From NCBI GenBank assembly GCA_965223325.1, contig CBDCWI010000002.1, positions 448,001 through 512,000 on the forward strand: 64,000 bases of DNA. Direction: 5' to 3'. Origin of the DNA: Candidatus Multivoradales bacterium. GTDB taxonomy: Bacteria; Acidobacteriota; Thermoanaerobaculia; Multivoradales; Multivoraceae. Both the position numbers and the translations under genes were made by a program. Numbering within the stretch: position 1 is the first letter of the stretch; each line of letters starts with the position of its first letter. Of this stretch, positions 42,555 to 52,847 are shown piece by piece. The notes under the pieces were generated by a model. That model made no database searches and was not told the DNA's origin. It saw only the letters and a list, made by a program, of their open reading frames with translations.

Positions 42555-43898
42555 ATGACCATTCTTGCGGACAGCGGCCGGGCGCCCGAGCGCCCGCCAA
42601 CCACGACAGGGCGGCCTTCTGCCAGGCCGTCGCTGCGCATCCTGCACGTCACGCCCTACTACGCCGATGCCTGGGCCTACGGAGGCATTCCGCGCGTCTG
42701 CACCGCTCTGGCGCGCGCTCAAGATGCCCTCGGTCATCAGGTGACCGTTTGCACCACCGACGCACGGGATGCCCACGGCCGCTTGCTCCACCGTGGTCAC
42801 CGGAGCGCAGCCAACGAGCCCGAGCAGCAGGTCTTCCGCAACGCCTCGAACCGGATCGCCTGGCGACTGCAGTTTTTTACCCCAACTGGCATGCGGCGCT
42901 ATCTGCGACGCGCCGCCGGCGACTTCGACGTCGCGCACGTCCACGGCTACCACCACCTGCCCAGCGTCTGGGCGGAGGCTGCGTCGCGGCGCGCCGACCT
43001 GCCCTGGGTTCTACAGCCCAACGGAACCGCACCGCGCATCGAGCAGAGACAGTCTCTCAAGTGGCTGTTCGACAAGACCCTCGGTCGACGGGTGCTCGGT
43101 GCCGCCCATCGGGTGATCGCGGTCAGCGATACGGAGCGCGTGCAGCTCGAGATGATGGGCGTCGCCCCGGGTCGCATTCGGGTGATTCCGAACCCGGTCG
43201 AGGTCGACGCCTTCTCGAACCTCCCGGCCACCGGCACCCTGCGCAAGAACATCGGCCTCGGGCGGGCCCCGATCGTCGCCTACCTCGGCCGACTGTCGCC
43301 GCGCAAACGGCTCGACGTCCTGCTCGAAGCCTTCGCGTGCCTCAACGACCGGGAGGCCGAAGCCCCACATCTCGTTCTGGCGGGAGCGGACCAGGGGGTG
43401 GCACACGAGCTCGAGCGGCGTGCGGAGGCGCTCGGGGTTGGCAACCGCATGCATCTCCTCGGGGTGTTGGCCGACGACCAGCGCCTGCCCTTGCTTGTCG
43501 ATGCCGATGTTGTGGTCTACGCAACCAGCCAGGAGATCTTCGGCCTCGTTCCGATGGAGGCCTTGCTCGCTTCGACTCCAGTGATTGTTGGCGACGACAG
43601 CGGCTGCGGTGAGTGGTTGTCTGAGCTCGGGGGTCGTGAGATCGGCGCCCGCCTGGTCCCGACCGCGGCAGGCGACCGGCAGGTCGAGATCGCCGCCCTC
43701 AATGAAGCGCTCGAGTCCGTGCTCGTCGACCCGCAGCTGGAGGCCTCCCGGGCCCGCCGCGGAGGAGCCCTGGTGCGCGATCGCTTCGCCCCCGACGGTG
43801 TCGCGCAGCAACTGATCGACTGCTACGAAGATCTGGTCTCCGATCGCGCCTCACAAGGCGACTCCGGCGCTCCATCGAAACCGAGACTGGTGCGATGA
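42555..43898 (+). CDS. GT4 (GT-B) glycosyltransferase
   Basis: RILHVTPYY..YGG, IPNPV, YLGRL..RK, EIFGLVPMEA. Confidence 0.9.
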   Translation: MTILADSGRAPERPPTTTGRPSARPSLRILHVTPYYADAWAYGGIPRVCTALARAQDALGHQVTVCTTDARDAHGRLLHRGHRSAANEPEQQVFRNASNRIAWRLQFFTPTGMRRYLRRAAGDFDVAHVHGYHHLPSVWAEAASRRADLPWVLQPNGTAPRIEQRQSLKWLFDKTLGRRVLGAAHRVIAVSDTERVQLEMMGVAPGRIRVIPNPVEVDAFSNLPATGTLRKNIGLGRAPIVAYLGRLSPRKRLDVLLEAFACLNDREAEAPHLVLAGADQGVAHELERRAEALGVGNRMHLLGVLADDQRLPLLVDADVVVYATSQEIFGLVPMEALLASTPVIVGDDSGCGEWLSELGGREIGARLVPTAAGDRQVEIAALNEALESVLVDPQLEASRARRGGALVRDRFAPDGVAQQLIDCYEDLVSDRASQGDSGAPSKPRLVR

Positions 43899-45085
43899 CG
43901 GAGTGGCACACGCCAGAGGCACCTCTCGAATCAGGTGGGGTCTCGGTCATTGTGCCCGTCCACAACGGTGCGCGGACGTTGAAACCCGTCCTTTTGGCCC
44001 TCCGCCGCCTGAAGAGTTCGTTCCCCGAGGTCCCGGTTGAGTTCTTGCTCGTCGACGACCACAGCACCGACACGTCGCCGCAGCTCCTTTCTGAGTTCGA
44101 AGACACGGTGAAATGCACACGAATCATCAGCGCCTCTGAAGGAACCCTGAACGCTCACGGCGCCGCGGCGGCGATGAACCGCGCCATCGAAGAAGCGCGC
44201 TTTGACCTGATCGCGCAGTTCGACCAGGACGTCGTACCAGCGGCCGATTGGCTCGAGAAGATGATCCAGGCCTTTGCCGCAGTCACCGGCCAGCGGCCCC
44301 TTGCAGCGCTACAAGCCAATTTCAGAGTCGACCAGCGTGCGCCGCTCCTGGCAAGGGTCAACGACCTCGACCTCGACTTGAGATACCAACGACGTGGAGG
44401 GAAGTCTCCGGAATGCCTTGCAGAAGGAGTCACCGCCGCCGAGCAGGTCTGTACCGGCAACACCCTCTACTGGCGCCCGGCTCTGGTCGCCGTTGGCCTG
44501 TTCGATGAGTCGCTCGGCTACGGCTACGACAACGACCTCAGCTATCGCCTGGCCGCAGCGGGCTGGAGTCTCGGTTTCGCCCCCGGCGTCTCCTCCCAGC
44601 ACCTCGACCGCGAGCACCTCGGGCCCTGGGTGAGGCGCCAGTACGGATTGGGCTACGGCCGGCTAGATCTCATCGCCAGGCATCCCTACAAGGGCGGCGG
44701 CGACGACGTCTCAGGACTGGGGATGATTCTGCACGCGGTCGGCGGCACCGTTCTGTTGATGTCGATGGCGCTGGCGGCAGGCGCTCTGCTGGCGGGATGG
44801 GGGACGCTGGCGCGCCTGGCTATCGCCGTCGCAACCGCGGTGCTTGGCCTACTGTCGCTCGAGCGCCTGCTCGCGAGCCTCGCCAGCCTTCGGAGCCATC
44901 GCGACCTGGCCGCGCTTTGGTTTGCACCGCTTCACCTGCTGCGAGATCTGTCGTGGGGAGCCGCCACCTTGACCTGGATGGCGCGCCGAGTTCTCCGGCG
45001 CCCGCCCCGCTCGACCGACAGCATGCCGCAGCGACCAGGCAACGCTTCAGAGCCGCGCACGCTAGCCGAGGGCCCGGCACCATGA
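43895..45085 (+). CDS. GT2 glycosyltransferase with C-terminal membrane helices
   Basis: VSVIVPVHN, VDDHSTD, FDQD, YD.DLSYR, RRQ..W-like region, C-terminal TMs. Confidence 0.85.
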   Translation: MTEWHTPEAPLESGGVSVIVPVHNGARTLKPVLLALRRLKSSFPEVPVEFLLVDDHSTDTSPQLLSEFEDTVKCTRIISASEGTLNAHGAAAAMNRAIEEARFDLIAQFDQDVVPAADWLEKMIQAFAAVTGQRPLAALQANFRVDQRAPLLARVNDLDLDLRYQRRGGKSPECLAEGVTAAEQVCTGNTLYWRPALVAVGLFDESLGYGYDNDLSYRLAAAGWSLGFAPGVSSQHLDREHLGPWVRRQYGLGYGRLDLIARHPYKGGGDDVSGLGMILHAVGGTVLLMSMALAAGALLAGWGTLARLAIAVATAVLGLLSLERLLASLASLRSHRDLAALWFAPLHLLRDLSWGAATLTWMARRVLRRPPRSTDSMPQRPGNASEPRTLAEGPAP

Positions 45086-45900
45086 CTCACCCACTCTTTG
45101 TGCTACCGGCTCACAACGAGCACGACTGCCTGGAACAGGTTCTCGAGGAGCTCCACGAGCTCGTTGATCGTTCCTACCCGGGTTCAGAAATCCTGGTGGT
45201 CGACGACGGTTCAACCGACCAGACCGAGCAGCTGATGCCGGTACTGGCAGCCCGCCTGGGCGTGCGCTGGGTGAGGCTCCCCGAACGTCTGGGGATTGGC
45301 GCCGCAACCATCGCCGGGTTGCGCTTTGCGCAGGAACACCAGCTCTCACCCGTCGTGCGTCTCGATGCCGACGGACAGCATGACCCAGCCTATGTCCGAC
45401 CGTTGCTCGAAGCCCTGGAAGAGTGCGACGCCGCGTCAGGCTCGCGCTTCCTCTGCCACCTGACCTCTGGACCGATCAAGCAGGGTGCCCGGCGCTTCTC
45501 GCAGTACGTTCTGGCTACCGTCCTCACGCGCTTGACAGGTCGTCGCATCACCGATCCCACTTCGGGCTTCTGGGCCTTTGGCCGTCGCGCCATTGCTCTC
45601 CTCGCCCACGAGCACCCCAGTGGTTATCCAGAACCGGAGCTCCATCTCCTCCTCCACCGCACTGGGATGCACACCTGCGAGGTCGCCGTACGGATGCGCG
45701 ACCGCATTGCCGGCCAGAGCACGCTCGGACTGCGCGCGGGAGTTCCCTTCGCGGCCCGTGTGCTGCTGGCGGCATTCATCGTTCCCTTGCGGCGCTTCAA
45801 GCCTGCGGGTGAACTGTCAGCCGGCGAGCAAGCGCCGGCCCTCGAGCCGACGGTTTCCGAGGCCGCCCTGGGCGCAGCCTCGAAGGTCAGCAGCCGATGA
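45082..45900 (+). CDS. GT2 polyprenol-phosphate glycosyltransferase (DPM1/GacI-like)
   Basis: LPAHNE, VDDGSTD, LGIGAA, DADGQHDP, GSRF, TDPTSGF, YPEPE, MRDR.AG.S; ATGA overlap at 45082. Confidence 0.85.
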   Translation: MTHPLFVLPAHNEHDCLEQVLEELHELVDRSYPGSEILVVDDGSTDQTEQLMPVLAARLGVRWVRLPERLGIGAATIAGLRFAQEHQLSPVVRLDADGQHDPAYVRPLLEALEECDAASGSRFLCHLTSGPIKQGARRFSQYVLATVLTRLTGRRITDPTSGFWAFGRRAIALLAHEHPSGYPEPELHLLLHRTGMHTCEVAVRMRDRIAGQSTLGLRAGVPFAARVLLAAFIVPLRRFKPAGELSAGEQAPALEPTVSEAALGAASKVSSR

Positions 45901-46262
45901 CTGCCAACGTCCAGCTCCTCGCCATCGTCGTCAGCGTCCTCTTGATGGTCCTGGTTCTCGAGCTCGTGCGGCGACGCGTCCTGAGCGAGGAGTTCTCCTT
46001 CATCTGGATCGTCGGCGCGGCCGTTTTGATCGTTGCCTCCGCCTGGCGCGACAGCCTGCACCTTCTCGCCGCCGCTCTTGGCATCCACTATCCACCGGCG
46101 GTGTTGCTGCTGCTCCTTACGCTCTTCGTTTTCGTCGGCCTGCTCTACTTCTCAGCCGTCGCCTCGACCCAGCGCCGCCACATCGAGCGCCTGATGGTCG
46201 AAGCCGCTCTCCAGGAAGAACGGCTGCGGGTTCTCGAAGACGAAAGAGTGCCGCTCGAGTGA
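45897..46262 (+). CDS. DUF2304 family small membrane protein (GacJ-like)
   Basis: 3 TM helices, LVRRR.L.E..S..W, LGI.YPP, C-terminal helical tail; ATGA-coupled to the GT2. Confidence 0.82.
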   Translation: MTANVQLLAIVVSVLLMVLVLELVRRRVLSEEFSFIWIVGAAVLIVASAWRDSLHLLAAALGIHYPPAVLLLLLTLFVFVGLLYFSAVASTQRRHIERLMVEAALQEERLRVLEDERVPLE

Positions 46263-46314
46263 CCGGGATTTCGCCCGAACGATGAAGTCGCTCAGACGCT
46301 AGCGCTCCAACTCA

Positions 46315-49149
46315 TCAGTCGGTCCATCGCACGGAGGAAAACGCAACACCAAGGTGGCGTCGATCGGTGGAATCAGACATTGCCGAGGGGATGAGGATGC
46401 CTGGAACCTCCAGAAGGAACTCAACGGGCCCCCCGGCATCGAGCACCGGGAGAACGGCGGGTGCAATCTCGACTTCCTGCTCGACGAATTGCCCCGCGCT
46501 GACCTCTACGGTCGCGGCTTTCAACCCGTTGGCCCATACGATCACTCCACCGTCGCGCGCCGCGCGCCAGCGAATGACCAGGGTTCGCGCCGCCCGGGGC
46601 CGAGCGAGGAAGAACGTGCCGTAGCCAGAGCTCCAGCGGAATTCGATCGTCTCCTCATCCTGCTGCTCTCGTTCCGGACCATGCCAACCGAGTCCGAGGG
46701 CGCCGTCTTCGAGACGACCTCCGTCGCCGCCGGTAGCGATCTCTAGAGATGAATGGATGTGCGCAGGATCGATGGTGGCGGCATAGCCCTCCCGGTACTG
46801 CGGCACCGGCACTGGAATGACCGGGGCAGCCTTGCCCTCACTCAACAACCTCGTCGCTTCGATCGGCGCCCCGGGAGGCGCCCGCAGAGCCCCGCGCCGT
46901 CGGCTGAGGGTTGCCAGAAGCCGCACCAGGTTCCACGCCCAGGCGCCGAGGCGGTGCCGAAGGGCACTCCACCGGCGCGCCCGCAGCGCGCCGAGCACCG
47001 CGGTGCCCTCAAAGCGTAGGAGCGTGGGCGCAGCCTGCAGTAGCCATACGGACGGCATCGCCTTCAACAACGTCATCAGCCGATTGCGGTGATCGAGACC
47101 TTCGGAGAAGCTCTCCGGCCGGCCGGAGGCAAACGTGAAATGAAACGCCTCGGCTCCTGGCTCGTAGGTCACCTCCCAGCCGGCTCGCCGCAGGCGCAGC
47201 GACAGGTCGAGGTCTTCGTAGTAGAGAAAGTAGCGCTCGTCGAAGCCACCGATCTGGTCCCAGGCCTGCCGGCGCACGAGCAGTGCGCAGCCAGAGCCGC
47301 CGATCACCGGGCCGGGCGTATCCCACTGGCCCCGGTCGAGCTCGAGGTAGCCACGATCCCAGCCGTAGCCGACCTGGTTCATGCACAGACCCGCGCTGTT
47401 GAGAATCTCGGGCTGCCACCCCATGCGGGTCTTGGGAACCACGGCGCCACAGTGCGGGTTCTCGCTGAGCACCGCCTGGAGGCGTTCGAGCGCTTCGGGC
47501 GCCAGCGTCGCATCGGGGTTGAGCAGCAGAATGTCGAGGGTTCGGTCCGTGACACTTCGCACACCGCGATGGTTGCCTACCGCAAACCCCGGGTTGTCCA
47601 GGAAGCCGAGCACCGCGACTTCCGGGTAGAGCCTGCGAACGAGGTCGGTCGTACCATCGGTCGAGCCCTGGTCGACGACGACGATGCGCTCCGGAACACG
47701 CGTTCCCGAGGCTAGAGAGTCGAGCGTCTGGGCGATCGAGTCGCGATGGTTGCGCGTCACGACGACGGCGAGCACTCCGCGGTCTGCCCGATCCCCTGCG
47801 GACTCTCGGGGTGGCGAATCGACCTGGTCAGCCGACGCGCCGTCACCTTGCCGCCTATCGCACTGGCGCAGGTAGAACCGCTCGGCGCGATCGACCGTTC
47901 GTTCCCAGCGCCACTTGGAATCCACGTGCTGGCGGCCCGCCTCACCCATCGCCCGCGCGACCTCGGGAGACTCGATGAGCTCGGTGAGAACCGCCGCGAG
48001 CTCGCCCTCGCCGTCCTGCCGATCCGGCCCACACGCAGTCTCATGATCCTCTGCTTGGCCCGGATCGATCAGGCGACCGTCCACGCCGTCACGAACCAGG
48101 CTTGCCTGGGGGCCGGTGCGGGCGGCGACCACTGGCGTTCCAACCGCCCAGGCCTCGAGCAGCACCAGGCCGAACGAGTCAACGCGCGACGGCTGCACCA
48201 ACACATCCGCCGCTTCGAGCCACTGCCACTTCTCCTGCTCTACCACGTCGCGTTTCACCACCAGACGATCCCTACGGTCAGCCGGAAGGCGTACTCTCAC
48301 TTCGGCAAGCAGGTCTTCGAACTCGCCGTCGGAGTAGACCGTCGACCCTCCGACAAACGCAAAGGTCACCGCACCCCGCGAGATCACCCGTTCGGCGGCA
48401 CGCACCACAGCCGGGATGCCCTTCGCCTTCTCGAGCCTTCCAAGAAAGAGCACCACCGCCTCGTCCGCTGGGATGCCGAGCTCACGCCGAGCCGCGGCAG
48501 GGCCAACCAGTGATTCCGGGTCGGGCACCTCAACCCCCCCACCCAAGACAACCGACTCGGTCGACACGCCGAGCGCCCGCAGCAGGCTCGACTCGTAGGC
48601 AGTGAGGGTGAACAACCCATCGGCCTGGTCCAGCAGCGCCCAGGCCGACGGGTTGTCCATCAGCCAGGGATCTTCCGAATGCAGGCACGGCATGGCAATC
48701 CATGGCACACCCAGGCGACGTGCCACCCGCTCTGCCACCCAGAGATGCAGGAACGGCAAGGTACCGGCCACGATCAGGTCGGGTTGAATCGTTTCGATGG
48801 TGCGCGCCGCGCCACGCAACCACGGTCCCGCCCAGGCCGCCTTGACCCGCCCGTAGCCCGGCAGTCGACGACGCCACCATCCCACCGCCAGCGCATCGCG
48901 CACCTTTCGAACCGGCGCCGGCCAACGTCGATAGGCCAGCCGGTGCACCTTGACGCCTTCGATCTCCGTTGTCTCTCTGGGCAAAGGTGCCCGAGCACCG
49001 TAGGCGAAGTCTTCGGGTGATGTGGCGTTCGAACACACGACGTGTACCTCATGGCCGCGACGCACCAACTCCTCGGACAGGCGCTTCATGATCAGTTCGC
49101 TACCGCCAATGGCCGGCGAGTAGTCGTGGATCAAGTGAACGATGCGCAT
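46315..49149 (-). CDS. Bifunctional GT4 + GT2 glycosyltransferase with C-terminal beta-sandwich domain
   Basis: N-terminal GGSE, FLGR..KG, DSFGLVLLEAW; then VVDQGSTD, LLNPD, YYEDLDL; C-terminal GW..E..FRWS. Confidence 0.87.
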   Translation of the reverse strand: MRIVHLIHDYSPAIGGSELIMKRLSEELVRRGHEVHVVCSNATSPEDFAYGARAPLPRETTEIEGVKVHRLAYRRWPAPVRKVRDALAVGWWRRRLPGYGRVKAAWAGPWLRGAARTIETIQPDLIVAGTLPFLHLWVAERVARRLGVPWIAMPCLHSEDPWLMDNPSAWALLDQADGLFTLTAYESSLLRALGVSTESVVLGGGVEVPDPESLVGPAAARRELGIPADEAVVLFLGRLEKAKGIPAVVRAAERVISRGAVTFAFVGGSTVYSDGEFEDLLAEVRVRLPADRRDRLVVKRDVVEQEKWQWLEAADVLVQPSRVDSFGLVLLEAWAVGTPVVAARTGPQASLVRDGVDGRLIDPGQAEDHETACGPDRQDGEGELAAVLTELIESPEVARAMGEAGRQHVDSKWRWERTVDRAERFYLRQCDRRQGDGASADQVDSPPRESAGDRADRGVLAVVVTRNHRDSIAQTLDSLASGTRVPERIVVVDQGSTDGTTDLVRRLYPEVAVLGFLDNPGFAVGNHRGVRSVTDRTLDILLLNPDATLAPEALERLQAVLSENPHCGAVVPKTRMGWQPEILNSAGLCMNQVGYGWDRGYLELDRGQWDTPGPVIGGSGCALLVRRQAWDQIGGFDERYFLYYEDLDLSLRLRRAGWEVTYEPGAEAFHFTFASGRPESFSEGLDHRNRLMTLLKAMPSVWLLQAAPTLLRFEGTAVLGALRARRWSALRHRLGAWAWNLVRLLATLSRRRGALRAPPGAPIEATRLLSEGKAAPVIPVPVPQYREGYAATIDPAHIHSSLEIATGGDGGRLEDGALGLGWHGPEREQQDEETIEFRWSSGYGTFFLARPRAARTLVIRWRAARDGGVIVWANGLKAATVEVSAGQFVEQEVEIAPAVLPVLDAGGPVEFLLEVPGILIPSAMSDSTDRRHLGVAFSSVRWTD

Positions 49150-49179
49150 TCTGCTGATCGGCTAGAAGCCCCGCCGAAC

Positions 49180-51555
49180 CTACGACGTTTCGATTCCGCC
49201 AGACCGCCCGGCATCGAAGTCTTCGATGCCAGCACGAACTGCCTCGGCCATCTCGCGCCGTCTGACACCGCCGGCTAGAAACGCATGCGCACGGTTGAGC
49301 GCGACGATCGACCAACGCCTGAAGAGTGGCAGCCGCCGGCCTCCGGCGTGCTTCTTCGCCAGAAGCAGATGGTTACGGGCCGCGTATCGAAAACGCAACG
49401 GATCGTTCGCCGGCAACGAAACGCTGCCCTGGTGGAGAGCGTGGGCGTCGCCGACGGTCACCGTCGACCAGCCGTTCTTTCTCGCCCGCAGGCAGAACTC
49501 GAGGTCTTCGAACGAGAAGAAGAACTCCTCGTCGAGCAGACCGGCGCTCTCGAAGACCTCGGCGCGAACCAATAGAGCACACCCGGCCGCCCCATCAACG
49601 ATACGCAAGCCGAAGGAGGGAAGCCTGGCGGCTGGCGTTCCGTAGTCGAGGTGGCGCATTCTGCCGAGCACCGGCCCGTAGCCGAGACCGGTCGAGATCA
49701 CCATTCGCGGGTCGCTGCGCGAACGCAAGACCGGTGCTGCGATTCCCGGTTGCAGCGCCTGGTCTCCCGGTCTCGGGAAGAGCGCCTCACGCAGAGCCAC
49801 AATCGCTCGTGGCTCGATGACCAGATCGGGGTTGACCAGCAGAACCGAATCGGCGCCTTCATCGAGCGCGCGTCGGATACCGACGTTGCAGCCGCCCGAG
49901 AAGCCCAGATTGTCGTCGTTGACCACCAGCTCGACCGCAGGGCGCCGCCTCGTGGTCGCTGACAAGAGGGGCCCAAGGCGCCTCTCGAGCTGCTCGAGGG
50001 AAGCCTCCTCCGAGTGGTTTTCGACCACTACGATGCGCTCGAGCGGTGAATCCTCGCGCGCCAGCGCCCGCACCGCCATGACAGTCTCGTCTGGTGTTCG
50101 GTAGTTGAGAACGACCGCCGCCGTCCCGCCGGCCGCAGGTTCCTCCGCCGGCTCTCTGGACCCGGCCTTGCACACTCCCGCGTAGCGCACCTGCCAGTCT
50201 CGCGCATCATCGGCGATCGTTTTGACCGCCGGCACCCCGGCGCGTAGCTGTTCCAGGAGGCGCGGCTCGTTCACCAGGCGCTCGAGCTGATCGGCGAGCT
50301 CGAGAGCGGAGAACGCGTCATACAGGAGCCCGCCGACCTCGTGCTCGACAAGACCCGGGATGCCTCCCATGTCGGCACCCACGACCGGCACTCCCGCCAT
50401 GAAAGCCTCATGAATGACCAGCGGCGAGTTCTCGGGCCACAGCGAAGCCACGACCAGGACATCGAACGAGCTGTAGACCTCGCGCACCCTCGAACCGTCG
50501 AAACCTCCGCGCAGGTTGCCGGGTAGCCCCTCGCCTTCGCTTCGCAGTCGCGCTGTGTAGTCGGGGAAGGTCTCGAAAGCACCCCAGATGTGGGCCTCGA
50601 ACGCCTCGGGACCGACACGCTCGGCCAACAGACCAAGCGCCTCGAGCAGGATATGGGCACCTTTGTGCCACACCAGAGTCCCCACGAAGCCGATGCGCAG
50701 GCGGCCTTCTTCGCTCTTGTTTCGCTCCCGCGCCAGCTCTCCGGGAAGTCCTTCGAAGGGTTCGGTGACGAAACCGTAGTCAGCGACCTCGAGTCGATCG
50801 TCGGGCATTCCGAGCGCCCGGTACTCGTCGCCGAGCGCTTCTGAAGGCGCCACCCAGAGATCGACCGCAGAGAGGACCTCCTGCGCGGCTTCGAATCGTT
50901 TGCGCATCGCACCGGTCGAAATCCGTGGACCGCCCGGGACTCTCGACGCCAGGCGCGAACCCACCGCCGCTGCCGCACGCATGCGTCGGCGCACCGGCCC
51001 CGGCTGTGACGCCTGACGCGCCCCCGGTAAACCCAACGATCCGTAGACCAGACGCCCGTGGAAATTGTGTTCCATAAAGCAACGACGGCAACGTTCGACG
51101 TCGATCTCGCGACAGATGTGAAGCTCGGCCTGATGGACCCGCTGGCCTCCCGACGGGCAGAAGAGGGTGTAGTCGTGCAGCGTCGCCACCGTCGCTATGC
51201 CACGGCGGCGGCAGATCTCTGGCAACTCGAACGACAGGTTCAACATGTTGTGAATGTGCACGACGTCGGGTGCGAGAGCCTCGAGCACGTTCTCGAACTG
51301 CTCGGCGACGAGCGGCGAGCGCCAGGTCTCCTCGAAGTCAGAGAAGACCCAGTTGTTGATCAGCTCGACCACCGGCAGGTCGCGCCACGTCCGCCACACC
51401 AGGGTGCCGTGGTCACGCCCCAGATCGTAGTCCGTCGCCATGAGCCAGACGTCCTCTCCACTCGCAAGCAGGGCCTGACAGAGCTCGTCAGCATAGATCT
51501 CGGACCCGGCGCGGTGCCTGGGCAGAAAGTCGTGGATGACGTGGAGGACGCGCAT
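49180..51555 (-). CDS. Bifunctional GT4 + GT2 glycosyltransferase
   Basis: AGSE, HDY..CP, GFVG.L..HKG, SLWPENSPLVI.EA; then VVLNY, NLGFSGGCN, VNPD, FFSFEDLE. Confidence 0.88.
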   Translation of the reverse strand: MRVLHVIHDFLPRHRAGSEIYADELCQALLASGEDVWLMATDYDLGRDHGTLVWRTWRDLPVVELINNWVFSDFEETWRSPLVAEQFENVLEALAPDVVHIHNMLNLSFELPEICRRRGIATVATLHDYTLFCPSGGQRVHQAELHICREIDVERCRRCFMEHNFHGRLVYGSLGLPGARQASQPGPVRRRMRAAAAVGSRLASRVPGGPRISTGAMRKRFEAAQEVLSAVDLWVAPSEALGDEYRALGMPDDRLEVADYGFVTEPFEGLPGELARERNKSEEGRLRIGFVGTLVWHKGAHILLEALGLLAERVGPEAFEAHIWGAFETFPDYTARLRSEGEGLPGNLRGGFDGSRVREVYSSFDVLVVASLWPENSPLVIHEAFMAGVPVVGADMGGIPGLVEHEVGGLLYDAFSALELADQLERLVNEPRLLEQLRAGVPAVKTIADDARDWQVRYAGVCKAGSREPAEEPAAGGTAAVVLNYRTPDETVMAVRALAREDSPLERIVVVENHSEEASLEQLERRLGPLLSATTRRRPAVELVVNDDNLGFSGGCNVGIRRALDEGADSVLLVNPDLVIEPRAIVALREALFPRPGDQALQPGIAAPVLRSRSDPRMVISTGLGYGPVLGRMRHLDYGTPAARLPSFGLRIVDGAAGCALLVRAEVFESAGLLDEEFFFSFEDLEFCLRARKNGWSTVTVGDAHALHQGSVSLPANDPLRFRYAARNHLLLAKKHAGGRRLPLFRRWSIVALNRAHAFLAGGVRRREMAEAVRAGIEDFDAGRSGGIETS

Positions 51556-51728
51556 TGCAGGATGGCTGGCGGAGGTAGGACCAAGAACGGCCCGAGGGTG
51601 GGCAAGGCTGGAGGGGCGTGGTAGCGACGGCGCGCTACCGTGGGGTCGCTAGCCTGCCATGAAGCTGGCGCTACGTCGAGTTCGCCCTACACCCGGGTGT
51701 CGGACCTCACCCGGGTCGCAAGGGGCTC

Positions 51729-52847
51729 TTAGTCCGGACGGAACCCACTCGAGCCAGCCGCGAGTCGCTCCGCGAGGTTCCCCGGAATCCGCTCTTCACG
51801 TGCCCTTTCCCGCAGGCGCTGCCAGGAGAAGCTCTCGATGAGCTCGCCCAGCCGAACCGGAAGCGGCTCGTCGCGCAAGCCGAGACCGTAGGCGAGGAAC
51901 CCCACGACGGACGACGCACGGACTCCGGCGGCGCGCAGCGAGTCGAGCGTCAGCGACGCGTCGCGCTTCGAAAGCTTCTCGCCCTCTTCTGAAAGCAAGA
52001 GCGGCACATGTCCGAAGCGCGGAGGCCGAGCGCCGAGCGCTTCGAACAACTGAACCTGGCGCGCCGTTGAGCTCACCAGATCCTGCCCGCGCACGACTTC
52101 GGTGATCTGCATCTCGATGTCGTCGACAACCACCGCCAGTTGATAGGCCCAGAGCCCGTCCCGCCGACGCAGGACGAAGTCCCCCACCGCCTGGTCAACC
52201 CGTTCTTCCTGCGGCCCGAGAAAGAGATCGTCGTAGACCACCTTGCGATCGTCGACTCGAAAACGCACCGAGGCCGCGGGATCATCCCCTGCCAGCAGTT
52301 CTTCGAGCCAGCGCTCGCGCAGCGATTGCGGCCTGAGTGATCGCGGATAGGCCTGGGCTTCGGGACCATGGGGAGCGCTGGCGATTCCCCGCAGTTCGCG
52401 ACGCGTGAGCGTACAGGGGAATAGGCGTCGATCGTGATTGAGGCGCGCCAGCGCTTCGAGGTAGTACGCGTCGCGGCGCGACTGCTCGTAGGGTGCGAAG
52501 GCGCCGCCCGCCGGGTTGCCCTCGATTGCCGCAACCGCGGGGCCTTCATCCCAATCGAGGCCCAGCCAGGAGAGGTCCCGCGCCTGCTCCTCTGCCCGGC
52601 CAGGAACGACACGCGGACCGTCGAGGTCTTCGACCCGCCAGACGAAGACTCCGCCCTGGCTACGCACCGAAAGCCACGCCACCAGGGCGGTGCGGGCGTT
52701 TCCGAGATGAATCTGGCCCGTCGGAGACGGCGCGTTGCGGCCCCTCTTCAGGCCCAGAACACTTCCAGCAGGAAACGAATCCGTGAAACCGCCTGGACGT
52801 TGCCGGCACGACGCCGGCGGCGACGCGAGTAGCACAGGCTCCCCCAC
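51729..52847 (-). CDS. gluQ: Glutamyl-Q tRNA(Asp) synthetase
   Basis: GRNAPSPTG..HLGN (HIGH-like), RVEDLD, GDFVLRRRDG.WAYQLAVVVDD, VVRG.DL, KLSKRD (KMSKS-like); no anticodon-binding domain; true start uncertain (probably near 52750). Confidence 0.88.
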   Translation of the reverse strand: MGEPVLLASPPASCRQRPGGFTDSFPAGSVLGLKRGRNAPSPTGQIHLGNARTALVAWLSVRSQGGVFVWRVEDLDGPRVVPGRAEEQARDLSWLGLDWDEGPAVAAIEGNPAGGAFAPYEQSRRDAYYLEALARLNHDRRLFPCTLTRRELRGIASAPHGPEAQAYPRSLRPQSLRERWLEELLAGDDPAASVRFRVDDRKVVYDDLFLGPQEERVDQAVGDFVLRRRDGLWAYQLAVVVDDIEMQITEVVRGQDLVSSTARQVQLFEALGARPPRFGHVPLLLSEEGEKLSKRDASLTLDSLRAAGVRASSVVGFLAYGLGLRDEPLPVRLGELIESFSWQRLRERAREERIPGNLAERLAAGSSGFRPD

